From Chara braunii (lineage: Eukaryota; Plantae; Charophyceae): a stretch of DNA of 64,000 nucleotides. Under the pieces are notes generated by a model. The model did no database searches, was not told the DNA's origin, and was given only the letters and a program-made list of their open reading frames with translations. Location of the stretch: assembly GCA_003427395.1 (NCBI GenBank), contig BFEA01000023.1, positions 1,505,801 to 1,569,800 on the forward strand, in the 5' to 3' direction. Every line of letters begins with the position of its first letter. Position 1 is the stretch's first letter. Of this stretch, positions 1 through 13,030 are shown piece by piece. A program made the translations under genes and the position numbers.

Positions 1-459
1 AGATTAAAAATTGTAAAAGAGAAAAGAATCAAAAGGGGAATTCGGCCATTTATTTAAACTTTCTCGGAATTAAATTTTGGGAAACTTACGGTTAATTTAC
101 TATTTCCGACAATAGAATTAAGGAAAGGGAAGAATGATGAAAAACGATGAAAGGGACGGGAACCCATGACTATTGGGAGATTGGCCTAATTTCGCCTCGA
201 TTACCCGCCATCAGCTCTGACCTCGGATTGAACATTTTCCCCGGATTTTAACAGTTTTCATTACTGCCGATGGTCGAGGTTCCCTGCGTCGCTTTCGCTG
301 GTTTGCTTGATTACTAACATTACCGCAATTGGAATGTTCTGAGAGCGGGAATCGCATGGACAGCATGGGGTGGTGCTACCTTGGGTCGACTATGGTGTTT
401 GGTTCGGCACGGATACGAGGGTTCTTACGGAGTGGCTACGTCCTAAGGTGTCTGACGTG

Positions 460-1480
460 CTTCAGGTACGGTACGGGCCCGGTGACAGCTGTTTCACTAC
501 GGTGACTTATTATCAGGTTTGGGACAACTGCGGTGATTTATTCTCAGGACCGGGGCCACTACGACAGTTATTCCAGGTTTGGAACCTTGGTGGCAGTTTG
601 TTTTCAGGTCCGGAAACGTTGCGGCATTCTATATCAGGTTCAGGACAGGTACGGAATTATCATGGGATGGTTATACAGGTTCGGCATCCGCGTGGCACAG
701 CAGCCCGGTACTGGATTTCGGGTTTGGTAAGGTTCGGTGGCATCGCGGTGTTTCGTTTCAGGTTCGACGCCCTCGCGGCGATTTATTTCAAGTTCGGAAC
801 CTATGCGGTGACTTATTTTCAGGTCCGGGACCATTGTGACGATTTATTTCAGGTTCGGAACCTCTACGGTGAGTTATTTTCAGGTCTCGGACGACTGCGG
901 TAGTTCATTTCAGATTCGAGACCTTGGCGGCAGTTTATTCCAGGTTCGGTATCATTGTGGCAGCTTATTTTCAGGTCCGGGATCATTGCAGCGGTTTACT
1001 TTAGGTTCGGTACTATTACCGTGTCGATGCATCTTTCCGTGTTCGACATGTTTCAGGTATGGTATTGGTTCGGCATTGGCGTGGTACACGCCACTGCATC
1101 ACTTTCAGGCTCGGTCTTGGATCGGCATCGGCACGATATGGGTTACAACATCTCCAAGCGATTACTTTAAGCTCTGCATTGGTGCGGTAACATTACAGTG
1201 TGTTGTATGGTGACAACACAGGCTGGTACAGCTTAAACCGATAATTCCCAGGTTCGGCATTGTTATGGCGACGACACAGACCCTTACTGTTTGTGGCAAC
1301 TATATCTGGTGTAATTAGTGGGTTGGCACGTCTGTAGGCCTCTGAGGCTCGGTACAATCTCTCCAGGAACGGACACGACGCATGTATAGTTCGGGACCTA
1401 GTTGGCACAGTTATTTCCTTATTTCCTGATGCGGTACTCCGGTGCAGTTCGGGACCGCTGATGCGGCCAGGCCTTACGTG
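460..1480. repeat. Degenerate minisatellite, ~30-bp unit with core tttcaggttcgg
   Basis: Recurrent tatttcaggt(t/c)cgg at ~30-33 nt spacing, clearest at 530-1010. Confidence 0.8.
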
Positions 1481-4400
1481 GAAACCATTGTGTCGGTGCT
1501 TGAGACTGCGAGTGCCTCCTATCCGCTGAGGCCACTGTGCGGGCTGCAGACCACATATAGTCAAGCCAGTGAAGTGTCGGGGGGATTCAGCAGTTGCGGA
1601 GACCAGGGGGACCAGGGCGAACTGGTGGAAGTGACCAAGGCGACCGTTGTCACAGCAGGGGCGAAGACCAGAGGGACAGCAGCGCACGGACCACGACCGC
1701 AGGAGACCGCAGCGAGATGGCTGGTGTCTGTCCGAGTGAGCAAGCGGGCTCCCGCCATGGCGGACATGGCTGCTGCAACCAAGAGACCAGGACAGAGTGA
1801 AGAAGGCGAGTCATGACTCCAGGGAGATTGGGACTGGAGGAGACCAGAAGGAACGCAGCTCACGCACAAGCAACAGTGGGGAATGCAGCAAATGTGCTCC
1901 CTCGTGTGAGCAACCAGACTGCAGAGCAAACTGCAGTGAGAAGAGACGACGGACACCCATTTGTGAAGAGGTTTTAAGTCACAGAACCAAGTTCCATGGT
2001 ATTGCACCAGGAATCATGTCATCGAACGAGGTCTCAAGTCAGCGGACAAGGTTTCAAGTCTGACTCATTAGACTAGGTGACCTGTCTGACGTACTCATGG
2101 GTGGCCAATTTGCAAACCAACATGATGTTTGGCCCAGTAACAATGCAAAGTAGCGAAGTTTGAATCGACGACTCGAGTGGAGAGAGTATCTGATTGGGAT
2201 GAACTAAGAGAGAGAGAGAGGAGAGGGAACTGGACAGAAAGGGGAGAGTGCGAGCGGGTGCTAGCAAACAAGGGACATGGTTGTGTAACTAATTCCATGA
2301 AATTGGTAGTAAGTGCGGCCAGGTTCATCTGGATGTGAGCCCGTGTAATCCTCAGGCAGAAGTAACTAACTGTGTGTGTGGGGGGGTGACGTCAACACTC
2401 TGACGAGGGGGAGATTGACGTCCAGATGGGCGGAAAAGAGTTTATACCCAATGCATGTTGTTGGTGTATCAGGCTGCAAACACGGTAAGATACAACAGAA
2501 AACGCTCGTTTGAAATTCTTTTATTTTATTTTTATTTTATTTCATTTCGTGAGTGTAACAGACGATTATCATCACCAGACACATCCAAATTAGAAGTGAA
2601 GCAAGGAATAGTGGGCCAGACGAACGGAGGGCAATGGAACGAGACTGGCGCTGCGGGTGTGCCCGTTCGTCTGAGCTTGGGGCTGCTCGCAGTCAATGCA
2701 AGCTCAGGAGCTGCTGCTCGAGAGCGCAGTGATGGCACAGATACGTGAGTGAGAGGACATGAGACTGAGAGAGAGTGAGTGAGAGGGAGATTGAGACAGA
2801 CAGAAAGAGAGGGAGCTTGTGAACAAGTGAGAGAGCGAGTATGTGGAGCATGAAGGGAAGTAGCGGCGTAGTGCATTGCCGGATGCATGAGAGAGAAGAG
2901 AGGGATTGAGGGAGAGAGAGTGAGTGAGTGCGTGTCTGTGGGATAGTGAGAGGGAGAAGTGGGAAGGATGGTCAGCTAGGGTTTGTATGAGTGAGGGGGA
3001 GATGAACACGGCATGAATGTGGGTCTAAGTGCGGAAAATTACGTTCAAGCATGATTGGATGTTGATCTATTGACACAAACTGACAGCGACAGGCCAAGAA
3101 GATAACAAAAGAGTGGGTGAGACAAAGATCATGAGGGAGAAGAAGGGACCTGCCTGCCTGGAAGAGGAGATAATAAGCTATTGTAATCAACACCGCGAAC
3201 CCGGCCCTAAGCATGGCTAAGTTCATCCCAGTTCGAGTGTGAGAGAGGCCAAGAAGTATTCGCCACATTCACACACACACTTAACTACACACCCGTGGTG
3301 TTCAAANNNNNNNNNNNNNNNNNNNNNNNNNNNNNNNNNNNNNNNNNNNNNNNNNNNNNNNNNNNNNNNNNNNNNNNNNNNNNNNNNNNNNNNNNNNNNN
3401 NNNNNNNNNNNNNNNNNNNNNNNNNNNNNNNNNNNNNNNNNNNNNNNNNNNNNNNNNNNNNNNNNNNNNNNNNNNNNNNNNNNNNNNNNNNNNNNNNNNN
3501 NNNNNNNNNNNNNNNNNNNNNGCCATGAATATCGCGGTGTCTCGCCATGATCAAACGGAAGATTCATTCGATGGAGCGGGGCACAACACACTGCAAATAG
3601 AATATTGCAGCATATCTTTCCAGATACTTGTTGAAGTCACTTTCCCATTACCCTCCTTTGCTGATTAGCTGGAGGAGGCCGCTGCGCGCTGAAACTAGGA
3701 CGATGATGATGAACCTTGCCATCTTCTAGCTGAAGATTCATCCTCCTTTCTCCCGTTCAGTAAACCGTTGAGTGGGTTGCAGCGCACGAGGGACAATGAA
3801 ATTAGCAGTGTAACCTGCCTTGCGCTAATGGAAGATTCATTATTATTGTAATTCCCAGTTTGTAACTAGGCGACTACCTCTTCTGCCTGTCACAGTGGGG
3901 TTTCATAGGCAAACCGGGAGAGCGTGTGACTTTGACATGGGCTGTTCATCGAGGTTGTATCTGTTGGTTGGCATACTTAAATCCGGGTAGTGATGATGAA
4001 GGTCATCCTCCCTGTGGACATTGGATGTACGCTGTTGAATGGATTAAATCGCGATGAATATTCCAATTGAGAGTGCAAATCAAGTATCGTGCGAACAATG
4101 GCAAGCGAGTAGGACAAGTATCCTGCATGCGCCCATTTAAGTATGGTCGAACGCCTACCTCGTACAGCAACCTGGCGCTGTGAAATTTGGATTCTGGGCT
4201 GCATCATGACAACAGGGAACGAAAATCATCTATGTTTCATATGATCAAGATACCACAAATCTTCACATGTGTATTTCTTTTGTTGTCGAGGCAACTCCAA
4301 TGGTAGAACAGGTAACACGGTGTCCTCGTCCTGCGATTGGAAAAAAAGAGAAAGTATATTTTATTTTATTTTATTTTATTTTATTTTATGTTATTTTATT

Positions 4401-4994
4401 TTATTTTATTTTATTTTATTATATTTTTATTTTTCCTTCCTTTTACAGTTCTGAGAAAGGGGCCACAGGTCCAGCTCACAAGTAGGGTGCGCGACAGGCA
4501 ACGCAACCCCCATTCCCTGATCGTCGTTGAGGACCTCTGAAGCGGGCACGGTGAGTGACAGGCGTCGCTGTCCCTGGCTTCAACGACGAACACGTGACCC
4601 CTCCCCGGGTTTCCCCACAACGGGACGGCCTACGACAGCCTACGACGTCGGAGGGAGACGAACGCAGGCAGGCGGGAGGGAGGGAGACGCGGGAGGGGCA
4701 CGGTAACGGTCAGAGGAGGAGTTGGGACGGGATGGGAAGGGCCGGTCGCCGGTCGGGACAGCATAGGACCGGCCTACAACGGCACGGGACGGCCTGGGCC
4801 CGTGTTGGCCTTGGCGTTGTCATTAATAACGCTTTTTCAAACTGGGAGTCTGACATTACCTCTTGCTCCTGTTTTTTTTCCCTTTTCGAACTGGGTCCGT
4901 TCCTGCAGTGTCATTTTGTGTTTTTCTTGCCTCTTCGAACTCAAAAGCTGTCGCGTCCGCCGTTGTTTCTTTTTTTTTTATACGTGTCGCAGAA

Positions 4995-5090
4995 TTGAAT
5001 GGCGCGTTCGGTCGCGTTTATTGAACGCGCGTTCATTCCGTTCAAAAATTGAGCGGAAAACCTGCGTTCAATGAACGTGCAGTTACACAG
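4995..5090. mobile_element. Right end of another copy of the 5768-7078 MITE family
   Basis: tgaacgcgcgttca...gcgttcaatgaacgtgcagttacacag resembles 7009-7078. Left end not found. Confidence 0.65.
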
Positions 5091-5767
5091 CTTGATCTGA
5101 TGAGTTAGCCTTGTTTTTATCAGAGCCTTTGTTTCCGGGTCTGACATCAGTGACATGCCCTTATCTCGAAATACTGTGCGATTCCTGTGTTCCCAGATGA
5201 CTGAAATAATAACCGCTCTGCTGAATCGGGCCACATACTCTTTTCCCTGAGAGATGGGGAGATCCTCTGGTACGATTCTGACTAGAGGCCATTCTCTATC
5301 CCAAGTGATCTGCCCACCAAGCCCAAATTCTCTTAGAGGGGGGACAGTCCCACCACAGATTCGTTATACTGAGTGTAGACTCAAAAGATCATGTGCATAT
5401 TTTGCAGGTTATTCTGACTTCCACTCCTCTCCCTGCTAACCAAACAGCAGAAGGGGTGGCCATCCAAGATAGTAACCACAGGATGGATGCACATTTTTGT
5501 GATGATATTAACTTCAGATGCGCCCACAGCCTGTGATTCAGGCAGTGTGGAAACCTCAAGCCACTTTCTCCAACGTCCCTTCTAGAACCAAGCTCGATTT
5601 CTCTTTAAAGTTTAAATTTATTTTTTTCCCTGGAAAAAGGTGAGGATCCTATTAGAATACTAGCATATATCCAGCGACCTAGCTCAGTTGGTTAGGCATG
5701 CAAGTAGCATTCAGGAGGCTGTGGATTCAAGCCCCAGGACCGCCTGTGGCACACTTAGTGCCAACGA

Positions 5768-6896
5768 CTATGTGACCGTTCGAACGCGCTGAACGCGCGT
5801 TCGCATTTGAACGCGAGCGTTAAAACGCCCGGAGGACGCGTTCAAACGCGCCACGCGCCATGTGGCGCAGTTTTTTTAACGCAACCCNCCCATCTGCATG
5901 CGCGCGTGGCAGACTACGGGTGGGGGGTCAGGTTAGTAAAAAAAAAAAAAGAAAAAAAAAAAGGTGTATATTTCCATGTTCTAGCGGTAGATTCATTCGA
6001 TTTTGCTCATAAAATGGATGGTTGGTTGATTGATTCATTGATTGATTGATTGATTGATTGGTTGGTAAGGGCGGGTCGCCCNNNNNNNNNNNNNNNNNNN
6101 NNNNNNNNNNNNNNNNNNNNNNNNNNNNNNNNNNNNNNNNNNNNNNNNNNNNNNNNNNNNNNNNNNNNNNNNNNNNNNNNNNNNNNNNNNNNNNNNNNNN
6201 NNNNNNNNNNNNNNNNNNNNNNNNNNNNNNNNNNNNNNNNNNNNNNNNNNNNNNNNNNNNNNNNNNNNNNNNNNNNNNNNNNNNNNNNNNNNNNNNNNNN
6301 NNNNNNNNNNNNNNNNNNNNNNNNNNNNNNNNNNNNNNNNNNNNNNNNNNNNNNNNNNNNNNNNNNNNNNNNNNNNNNNNNNNNNNNNNNNNNNNNNNNN
6401 NNNNNNNNNNNNNNNNNNNNNNNNNNNNNNNNNNNNNNNNNNNNNNNNNNNNNNNNNNNNNNNNNNNNNNNNNNNNNNNNNNNNNNNNNNNNNNNNNNNN
6501 NNNNNNNNNNNNNNNNNNNNNNNNNNNNNNNNNNNNNNNNNNNNNNNNNNNNNNNNNNNNNNNNNNNNNNNNNNNNNNNNNNNNNNNNNNNNNNNNNNNN
6601 NNNNNNNNNNNNNNNNNNNNNNNNNNNNNNNNNNNNNNNNNNNNNNNNNNNNNNNNNNNNNNNNNNNNNNNNNNNNNNNNNNNNNNNNNNNNNNNNNNNN
6701 NNNNNNNNNNNNNNNNNNNNNNNNNNNNNNNNNNNNNNNNNNNNNNNNNNNNNNNNNNNNNNNNNNNNNNNNNNNNNNNNNNNNNNNNNNNNNNNNNNNN
6801 NNNNNNNNNNNNNNNNNNNNNNNNNNNNNNNNNNNNNNNNNNNNNNNNNNNNNNNNNNNNNNNNNNNNNNNNNNNNNNNNNNNNNNNNNCACACAC

Positions 6897-6947
<51 letters not shown>

Positions 6948-7078
6948 CGGGCCCCTGCCACCCCCCAACACCAAAACCCATCTGCGCAAACCTGTTTACC
7001 CGCGTTCAGTGAACGCGCGTTCACCACGTTCAAAACCTGAATGCAAAATGCGCGTTCAATGAACGCGCGGTAACACAG
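5768..7078. mobile_element. MITE with CTRTGT...ACACAG termini and 8-bp TSD
   Basis: TIR ctatgtgacc/ggtaacacag, perfect TSD gccaacga on both sides, subterminal tgaacgcgcgttca palindromes. Interior is mostly a gap. Confidence 0.88.
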
Positions 7079-7171
7079 GCCAACGAACGGTATTAGAGGG
7101 GTCTATAACCAACACGGGTTTGCGAGCGCGAGTGGGTTGGGTGTAGTGTGTGGGAGAGTGTTGGCCATAGC

Positions 7172-8709
7172 CTGCGTGTCCGATTTTGAATTCAACGAGG
7201 GTTCCGCGTTGAAAAATTCAACGCGCGTTGAATTCGCGTTAAACTCCCGTTCAAACGAGAGTTGGACGCGAATTAACGAGGTCCGGGATGATTTTTTCCC
7301 TGGGCTAAACATTATCCAAAAAAAACAAAACAAAATATGGGGTTGTAGGTTTTTTTTAGGAATACAACCCTATATTTTTGTTTTTATTTTTGATGCTTAA
7401 ATCTATTTTTCAAAAATCAAAAACATGAACACACAATGAAAAAACAAAAACTAAAATGAAATGAATATTTTTGTTTTGGGTTTCACACAAATTTTTTAAG
7501 GGCTAAAACAAAAACAAAAAAACAAATAAAAAATATAGGGTTGTAGATCTTTCAAAGATGTACAACAATTTGTCTTTTTCTTTATTTTTTTGGAACTTCG
7601 TGTATTTTTTAAAAAATCATAACCATAAAAAACAAATTAAAAAAAGGAAGAAAAGATACACACACATACAAAATTGGGCCTGTAGCAGGTTGCATGAGTC
7701 TGGCGTCAGTTGGTTGAGGGAACCCAGGCCCTGGGCCGCCTGTGTGAATGTATGGAAAGCAGGCCGTGGGCTGGATACGGGTACTGGGCCAAACGCAGGC
7801 CAAAGGCAGTTGGGGGCCTACTGGAAGCTTCCTCGGACAACCACCTCAGGCCCAAGGCCTGTTCTCGTTCGTGTTGTGCCTCAAGCTACCGGGGCCTACT
7901 GGAAGCTTCATGGGACTGAACACAGGCAGGCCACTTCGATATAGCAAAGGGCCTGCCTCCACATTGGGCATCCGGGTGCTGGCTGCATGCTGCGTAAGTG
8001 CTGCCACGTTGTAGCTCGCTGGCACTCACACGCTGACGGGCAATTAGGAAGGAGCAGGCAGCCATTGCCGAGTTGCGCTGCTGTAAGCTGGGTGTGGCGC
8101 AGGGTGGTCCTTGGGTGCAAGTGGAATCTGTGTGTTGGGGAACGAGGTTGTGAGTAAGGCGAGACACACTCTTACGCACAGGCACAGCCACACTTACACT
8201 TACACACACACACACTTACAAACACACACATACACACACACACTTACAAACACACACATACACAAACACACACATACACGTACACACACACACTTACAAA
8301 CACACACATACACTTACAAGTACAGACACACACACACACACTTACAAACGCACACATACACAAACATACCCGCATACATTCATATTCATGCACAGACACA
8401 CTCACGGCAGGCACACACGTACACAGATACGCGCACACACAGCACACCTACACACACATAACTGGGGCGTTGGGGGTTGGGGGATGTGGGGACGGATGGG
8501 AGGTGCTTCAGGGGCTGGGGGGAATTTTTTTTTTTTTTTTTTTTTTCCTAGGGCCACGTGTTCCGGACCCCGCGCATCAATTCCGTTTTTCCGAAAAGCG
8601 CGGGAGCGGCCCATTTTCGCGTTCAACGCGAATTCAACGGGATTTTTTTGAATTTAACGGGATTCAATGGGAGTTTAATTCCCCCGTTCTGCGTTAAAAA
8701 GATACACAG
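7172..8709. mobile_element. Related MITE with 8-bp TSD
   Basis: TIR ctgcgtgtc/gatacacag, perfect TSD gccatagc, subterminal ttcaacgcg repeats. Confidence 0.85.
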
Positions 8710-9225
8710 GCCATAGCCTCTGGCCCTCTGCTACTACTCGATGAGGGGTGGGGGCACTTGGGGGACGATGAGAAATGGAGGCGCAGCAACTGCCAAAGTG
8801 TTCGGTCTTAGCCGTAGCTGGACCCCCACCAGCAGCCCCAACCCATCTCTGACTACTGCTGTTGGGGTGGGGGGCAACATCAGGGGCAACATGATTTACC
8901 TCGTCTGCAAGGCCCTATGCTTGCAGGGGTCCCCTCTATATAGCATTAGGAGTAGTGGTAGGAAGGAAGTGAAAGGCAAAAAGAATTTGAGAGAAGAACA
9001 TAGTGTAGTTTTTTTGGAGAAATATATATATGTATATATATATTCCTGATGCCCTAAGAGTGACGTGAGGGTACGGAAGGGAGGAGGGATGTGGTACCGC
9101 TGCGCTAATTTCGGGGACTCCTACAGGGGACGGTAGGCTTACTCCCTGGAACTCGGCGCAAGGTGGAGAGGGACCGTCTTACAGAATTTTGGACCCTGGG
9201 AACCTGAAACTCCTGCCTGTCTATT

Positions 9226-9576
9226 TTGGACCCTGGGATTGGAGATGCAGAGGGACCGTCTTACAGAATTGATAACCCCCCTCATCTCAGGACCTATTTT
9301 GTCTTTCATGCGTCTAAGTTGCTACCTTATGTAGAAGGAGATGAATTCCCTCATAGACCATCTATGATACCGCCAGATATGGATGGTGTATATGAAGTGG
9401 ACCGAATTATAGAACAAAGATTCTTCTCTACAGGTGCACGAGGACGACCCCAGAAGCAATTCAAGGTTCGTTTTAAGAGTCAAAAACCATATGAGGACAG
9501 ATGGTTTAGTAAAAGAGAATTCCTTGAATCTGCTCCTGATATCGTCTCTGCTTATGAACATGGGTTGAAGTCTTAA
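9226..9576 (+). pseudogene. Orphan chromovirus integrase C-terminus plus chromodomain fragment
   Basis: PSYRI..PPHLRTY.VFHASKL.PY...YEVDRII..R...FKVRFK...EDRWF is homologous to the 22520-22900 part of the intronic element. No upstream pol. Confidence 0.85.
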
Positions 9577-10679
9577 ATGTTTCTGCGATGGAACTCGAAA
9601 TTTGGGTCGGCAGGAATGCAGTAACCCTGTTCAGCAGCAGACCGGGGCTCAGAACGTTGCCCCCGGTAAAGCACAGACTGTGCTGCTGTGCTGGGCTATG
9701 TGACCGAGACATGCCCAGCCTGAGTCTGTCGAGGAGGCTGTGTGACCGAACGCAGCACAAAGGAAATTCAACAGTCAAAGTCAACTGTAGAGTCAAAGGT
9801 ACCGCGCCCAGGCCTATGGTCGGATACATTCACTTGTTGTGTGCAGGTACCCAGACAGCATTCAGGGCGGGAGGAATACAGTTTCTGGCCAATCTGGGCC
9901 CTCCTTCACATCGANATCTGGACGGTGCAGGACTTCAGCACCCGGGGTCCAGACCCCGCATCCACGCTATTTAAGAGTTGACTTCCTGGCTGGAGGACAT
10001 TCAGTCTTGCGTGAATGCTGACTTCACGCGTAGACTTTGACGCTGTTGCTATGCTGCGACATTGCGGCATTGGCTTGACGCCGGCCCTATGCTGGCAGAG
10101 GAGGACGGCAAGGTGCTGCTGGCTGGCATGGTGCTGGCTGGTGATGGTCTTCTGGGCATGCTGACGTGGCAGCTGCCACGCGCCGATGCTGATGTGGCCG
10201 CTGCCACCTGTATATGATTGATGACGTGGCGGGCTGAGAGATTGATGAGGCTGTTCTGATTCTTCGTCACTTCGGAAGGGGATCAAGACTGTGGTTATCA
10301 AGGATACGTACCTGGTTGATGACGATACTCTCCATTTGCTGATGTAGACAGATTGATGTGCCACGTGGCACCTTGAGGAAGAACTTCAGACATTGTATTC
10401 AGTCTATTGATTGATGAGGTGGCGAGGAGGAGGAGGAACCCGAAGTAGAAGTGGGCTGTTGTCTTCTTCTCTCTCCTTTGTCTATTCTCCCTCTCTCCTC
10501 CTTCGTCTGTGTATGATTCTCACCTCATTCTATCATCACACACATTTGCGATTGTTTGTCATTCATCAGCAGATCGAAAATCATATGGACTGGTAATGTT
10601 GACGAGTATCATCACGTCTGGGCTCATTGCACACAGGTGGAACAAAAGGACATGTAAATGCAAACACGTTGCACGACAA

Positions 10680-10945
10680 CAGAAGCGAACAGAACAGGCT
10701 TTCAAGATCAGAAAGCAGGCATATTACACCCATTCCACTCGCATCAAGGTTGTCTCGTCGAAGGGGGGGGAATAATAGACCAGGCTGCAGCGAGCTCAGT
10801 GCAACTCACGTACACGTGCATCACAGCAGAAGCGAACAAACCACACTTTCGACGCCAGACAGCAGGCAAATATTACGTCCATGCCACTCGCATAGAGGTT
10901 GTCTCGTCGAAGGGGGGAACAAGAAACCGGGCTGCAACGAACTGC
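10680..10945. repeat. Tandem duplication, ~148-bp unit
   Basis: cagaagcgaaca...ccactcgcat..aggttgtctcgtcgaaggggggg...gctgca occurs twice. Confidence 0.75.
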
Positions 10946-11579
10946 TGTCATTCACCGGAACAGTGCAGTATCACCTTTTCTTCTACCAAGTACAAGGTCA
11001 TTCTATCCTTCCTGTCTCTGTGCAATTCCCTCCCAGTAGACTTGCACCCACCATTCCATCTCCATGCACGTCACAGACAGTAAGCTTTGGCCTATACCAC
11101 AGTTCAAACCATTTGTGCCTCTAAACAATCTTCTGTCCCCTCTCATATACCACGGTCGTCGGTCGATAAACCTTCCAAGCAAAAAAAAAAAAAAAAAAAA
11201 AGAAAAGAAGAAGAAGAAGAAGAAGAAGAAGAAGAAGAAGAAGAAGAAGAGTCGGAGCAAGAACTGAACCCCCGAAAGTGGCTCCTTTTCCCACCTGCTA
11301 CCTCTGAAACCTTCTCTACGAAATGAACACTCACAGATGGCGCTCTTCACCCTACTGTCTGAGAGCTCTGTCATCCGTGTGTCTTGTGAGCTTTTTGTCC
11401 TACGACCAGATAGCTTTTATTGGTCACATTCATAGAGAAGACGAAAACACATTGCAGCAGAATTAAAAAAAAAAAAAAAAAAACGATAACACCTCTGCTT
11501 AACCCTAAATCCTGTAAAACTTCCAGTGCAATGTCTGACATACGGAACAAGCCCCATGCTTAAACCCCTATATGGTGCA

Positions 11580-11658
<79 letters not shown>

Positions 11659-11678
11659 TGTGTGTGTGTGGGTGTGGG

Positions 11679-11723
<45 letters not shown>

Positions 11724-12403
11724 AAATTTAAATATGCACACATGTCTCTCTGCGCAAACAGTAGATGTGGCGTGCTCATGCACGAGAGCAGAACTCAACA
11801 GGTCGCACTTCCACGTTTGATAAGATGGAAGACAGCAATTACATTACAAGCATCCCGCTCACAGAGAGGTTGCCTTGCCAAAATGGTTAATCATAGATCC
11901 GGCTGCAGCAAACTACAGCCAAAAACCTCAGCACTGTTAGCAGTACCTACATCGGTATCACATTGTCCATCGTACTCAAAGAACTACTTATACAAGCATA
12001 TGTATATATAGAGAGAGAGGTCATAAATTGTGAGTGTACGTGATATTGAAGCCATACAGACATACCATTGTGAAGATTGGTGCATCCATCTGCACATTCT
12101 CTTGCATCACCATCATCCCATCCCTCGGCTAGCAAGAGGCAATCCACGCAATCGCGCAAACGCACAGAAATCGAGGTTCACATCAGCATAAGAAACACTA
12201 ATCTTGGTTACGCTGAACAGAATTAAGCACAGGCACGAACATATAAATAGAAAGTAAAAGAAAAATTAAGCACAGGCAACGGGAGATAAAAACGAAGGGG
12301 CAGCACTTTCGTTGCCCAGGGGAGCACAGTACTCAGTACCCCACTGAATATCTGCTTTCCATTATAGATTTGTCCCTGATACGGTCCCGGGGGAGCACGG
12401 TAC

Positions 12404-12799
12404 TCAGTACCCCACTGAGTATCTGCAGCTAAGCTGCTTTCCATTATAGATTTGTCCCTTGATACAGTCCCGGGCAATCAGCTTGCAGAACTTTCCTAAT
12501 ATGGAAATCCGGACAGAAATAGGCAAGCGCAGGGACGCGCCTGTAGTGGACCAAGCTGCTCCGAATGAACGCTTCATACTCCTCCAGCGACCACCCCTCC
12601 CCGCGACCTCCATCCTCAATATCCTTCCACTCCCAGGAATGGCCAGTGCTGTGACCTCAAGCCACCACATGTGGCCCCTCAGATTCAGCCGCAGTATTCT
12701 GTAAGGAGCGCAAGGCACGCTGCGGAATTGGATCGGAACGTGTCCTGCCCTCGGATCCGCGATGATGGGGAAAGCATTTTTGCTGATGTCCAAGTGAAG
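12404..12799 (-). CDS. Expansin, coding exon 2: HxD motif plus C-terminal CBM63-like domain
   Basis: Acceptor tctgtcgttgcag| then LHLDISKNAFPIIADPRAGHVPIQFRSVPC...GHMWW...GRWRSMKRSFGAAW...GQIYNGKQL, matching the expansin pattern HFDLS..AF..IA...AG.VPV.YRRVPC...W..M.RNWG..W. Phase 0 matches exon 1; the spliced product is 261 aa. Confidence 0.9.
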   Translation of the reverse strand, partial: LHLDISKNAFPIIADPRAGHVPIQFRSVPCAPYRILRLNLRGHMWWLEVTALAIPGSGRILRMEVAGRGGRWRSMKRSFGAAWSTTGASLRLPISVRISILGKFCKLIARDCIKGQIYNGKQLSCRYSVGY

Positions 12800-12990
12800 C
12801 TGCAACGACAGAAGAATACACAGAACCAATGAAACAGGGTCAGTCAGACAGCCACCATTATGTGTATATATATGTATTTATATATATACATATATATATA
12901 TGTATGTATGTATATATTGTCAGACAGAGCTGCCCGGTAAACCGTAGGCAGAAAGGGAGAAGAGGACAAGAAACGAGGGGCTGTGACAAA

Positions 12991-13030
12991 CTGTTTCGTC
13001 GGAGTTTCACCGACTCATCAGGAGGTTGAA
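12991..13030 (-). ncRNA. 5'-truncated type III hammerhead copy
   Basis: ttcaacctc-CTGATGA-gtcgg(tgaaact)ccgac-GAAACag is present, but the 5' strands of stems III and I and the cleavage triplet are missing. Confidence 0.75.

Larger units (their letters stand above)
5674..8893 (+). mobile_element. tRNA-derived SINE split into three pieces (5674-5767, 7087-7171, 8718-8893) by two MITEs
   Basis: Head has A box tagctcagttgg and B box ggattcaagccc. The rejoined body (gtgtgggagagtgttggccatag...tactcga...tcggtctt...ggggcaacat) is colinear with the uninterrupted copy at 55113-55470. Confidence 0.82.

Noticed and set aside
370-1213. ORFs with repeated FQVR/FSGPG/FRFG motifs; superficially CRISPR-like periodicity
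   Set aside because: These are translations of a degenerate ~30-bp minisatellite open in several frames. There are no invariant repeats with unique spacers and no cas genes.
5674-5745. Functional tRNA gene
   Set aside because: Cloverleaf stems pair poorly and the sequence continues into a shared repeat body, so it is a SINE head.
5928-7062. Long ORFs spanning N-runs (also 3223-3591, 18148-18950, 25021-25651, 58696-59931)
   Set aside because: Artefacts of assembly gaps and dinucleotide microsatellites.
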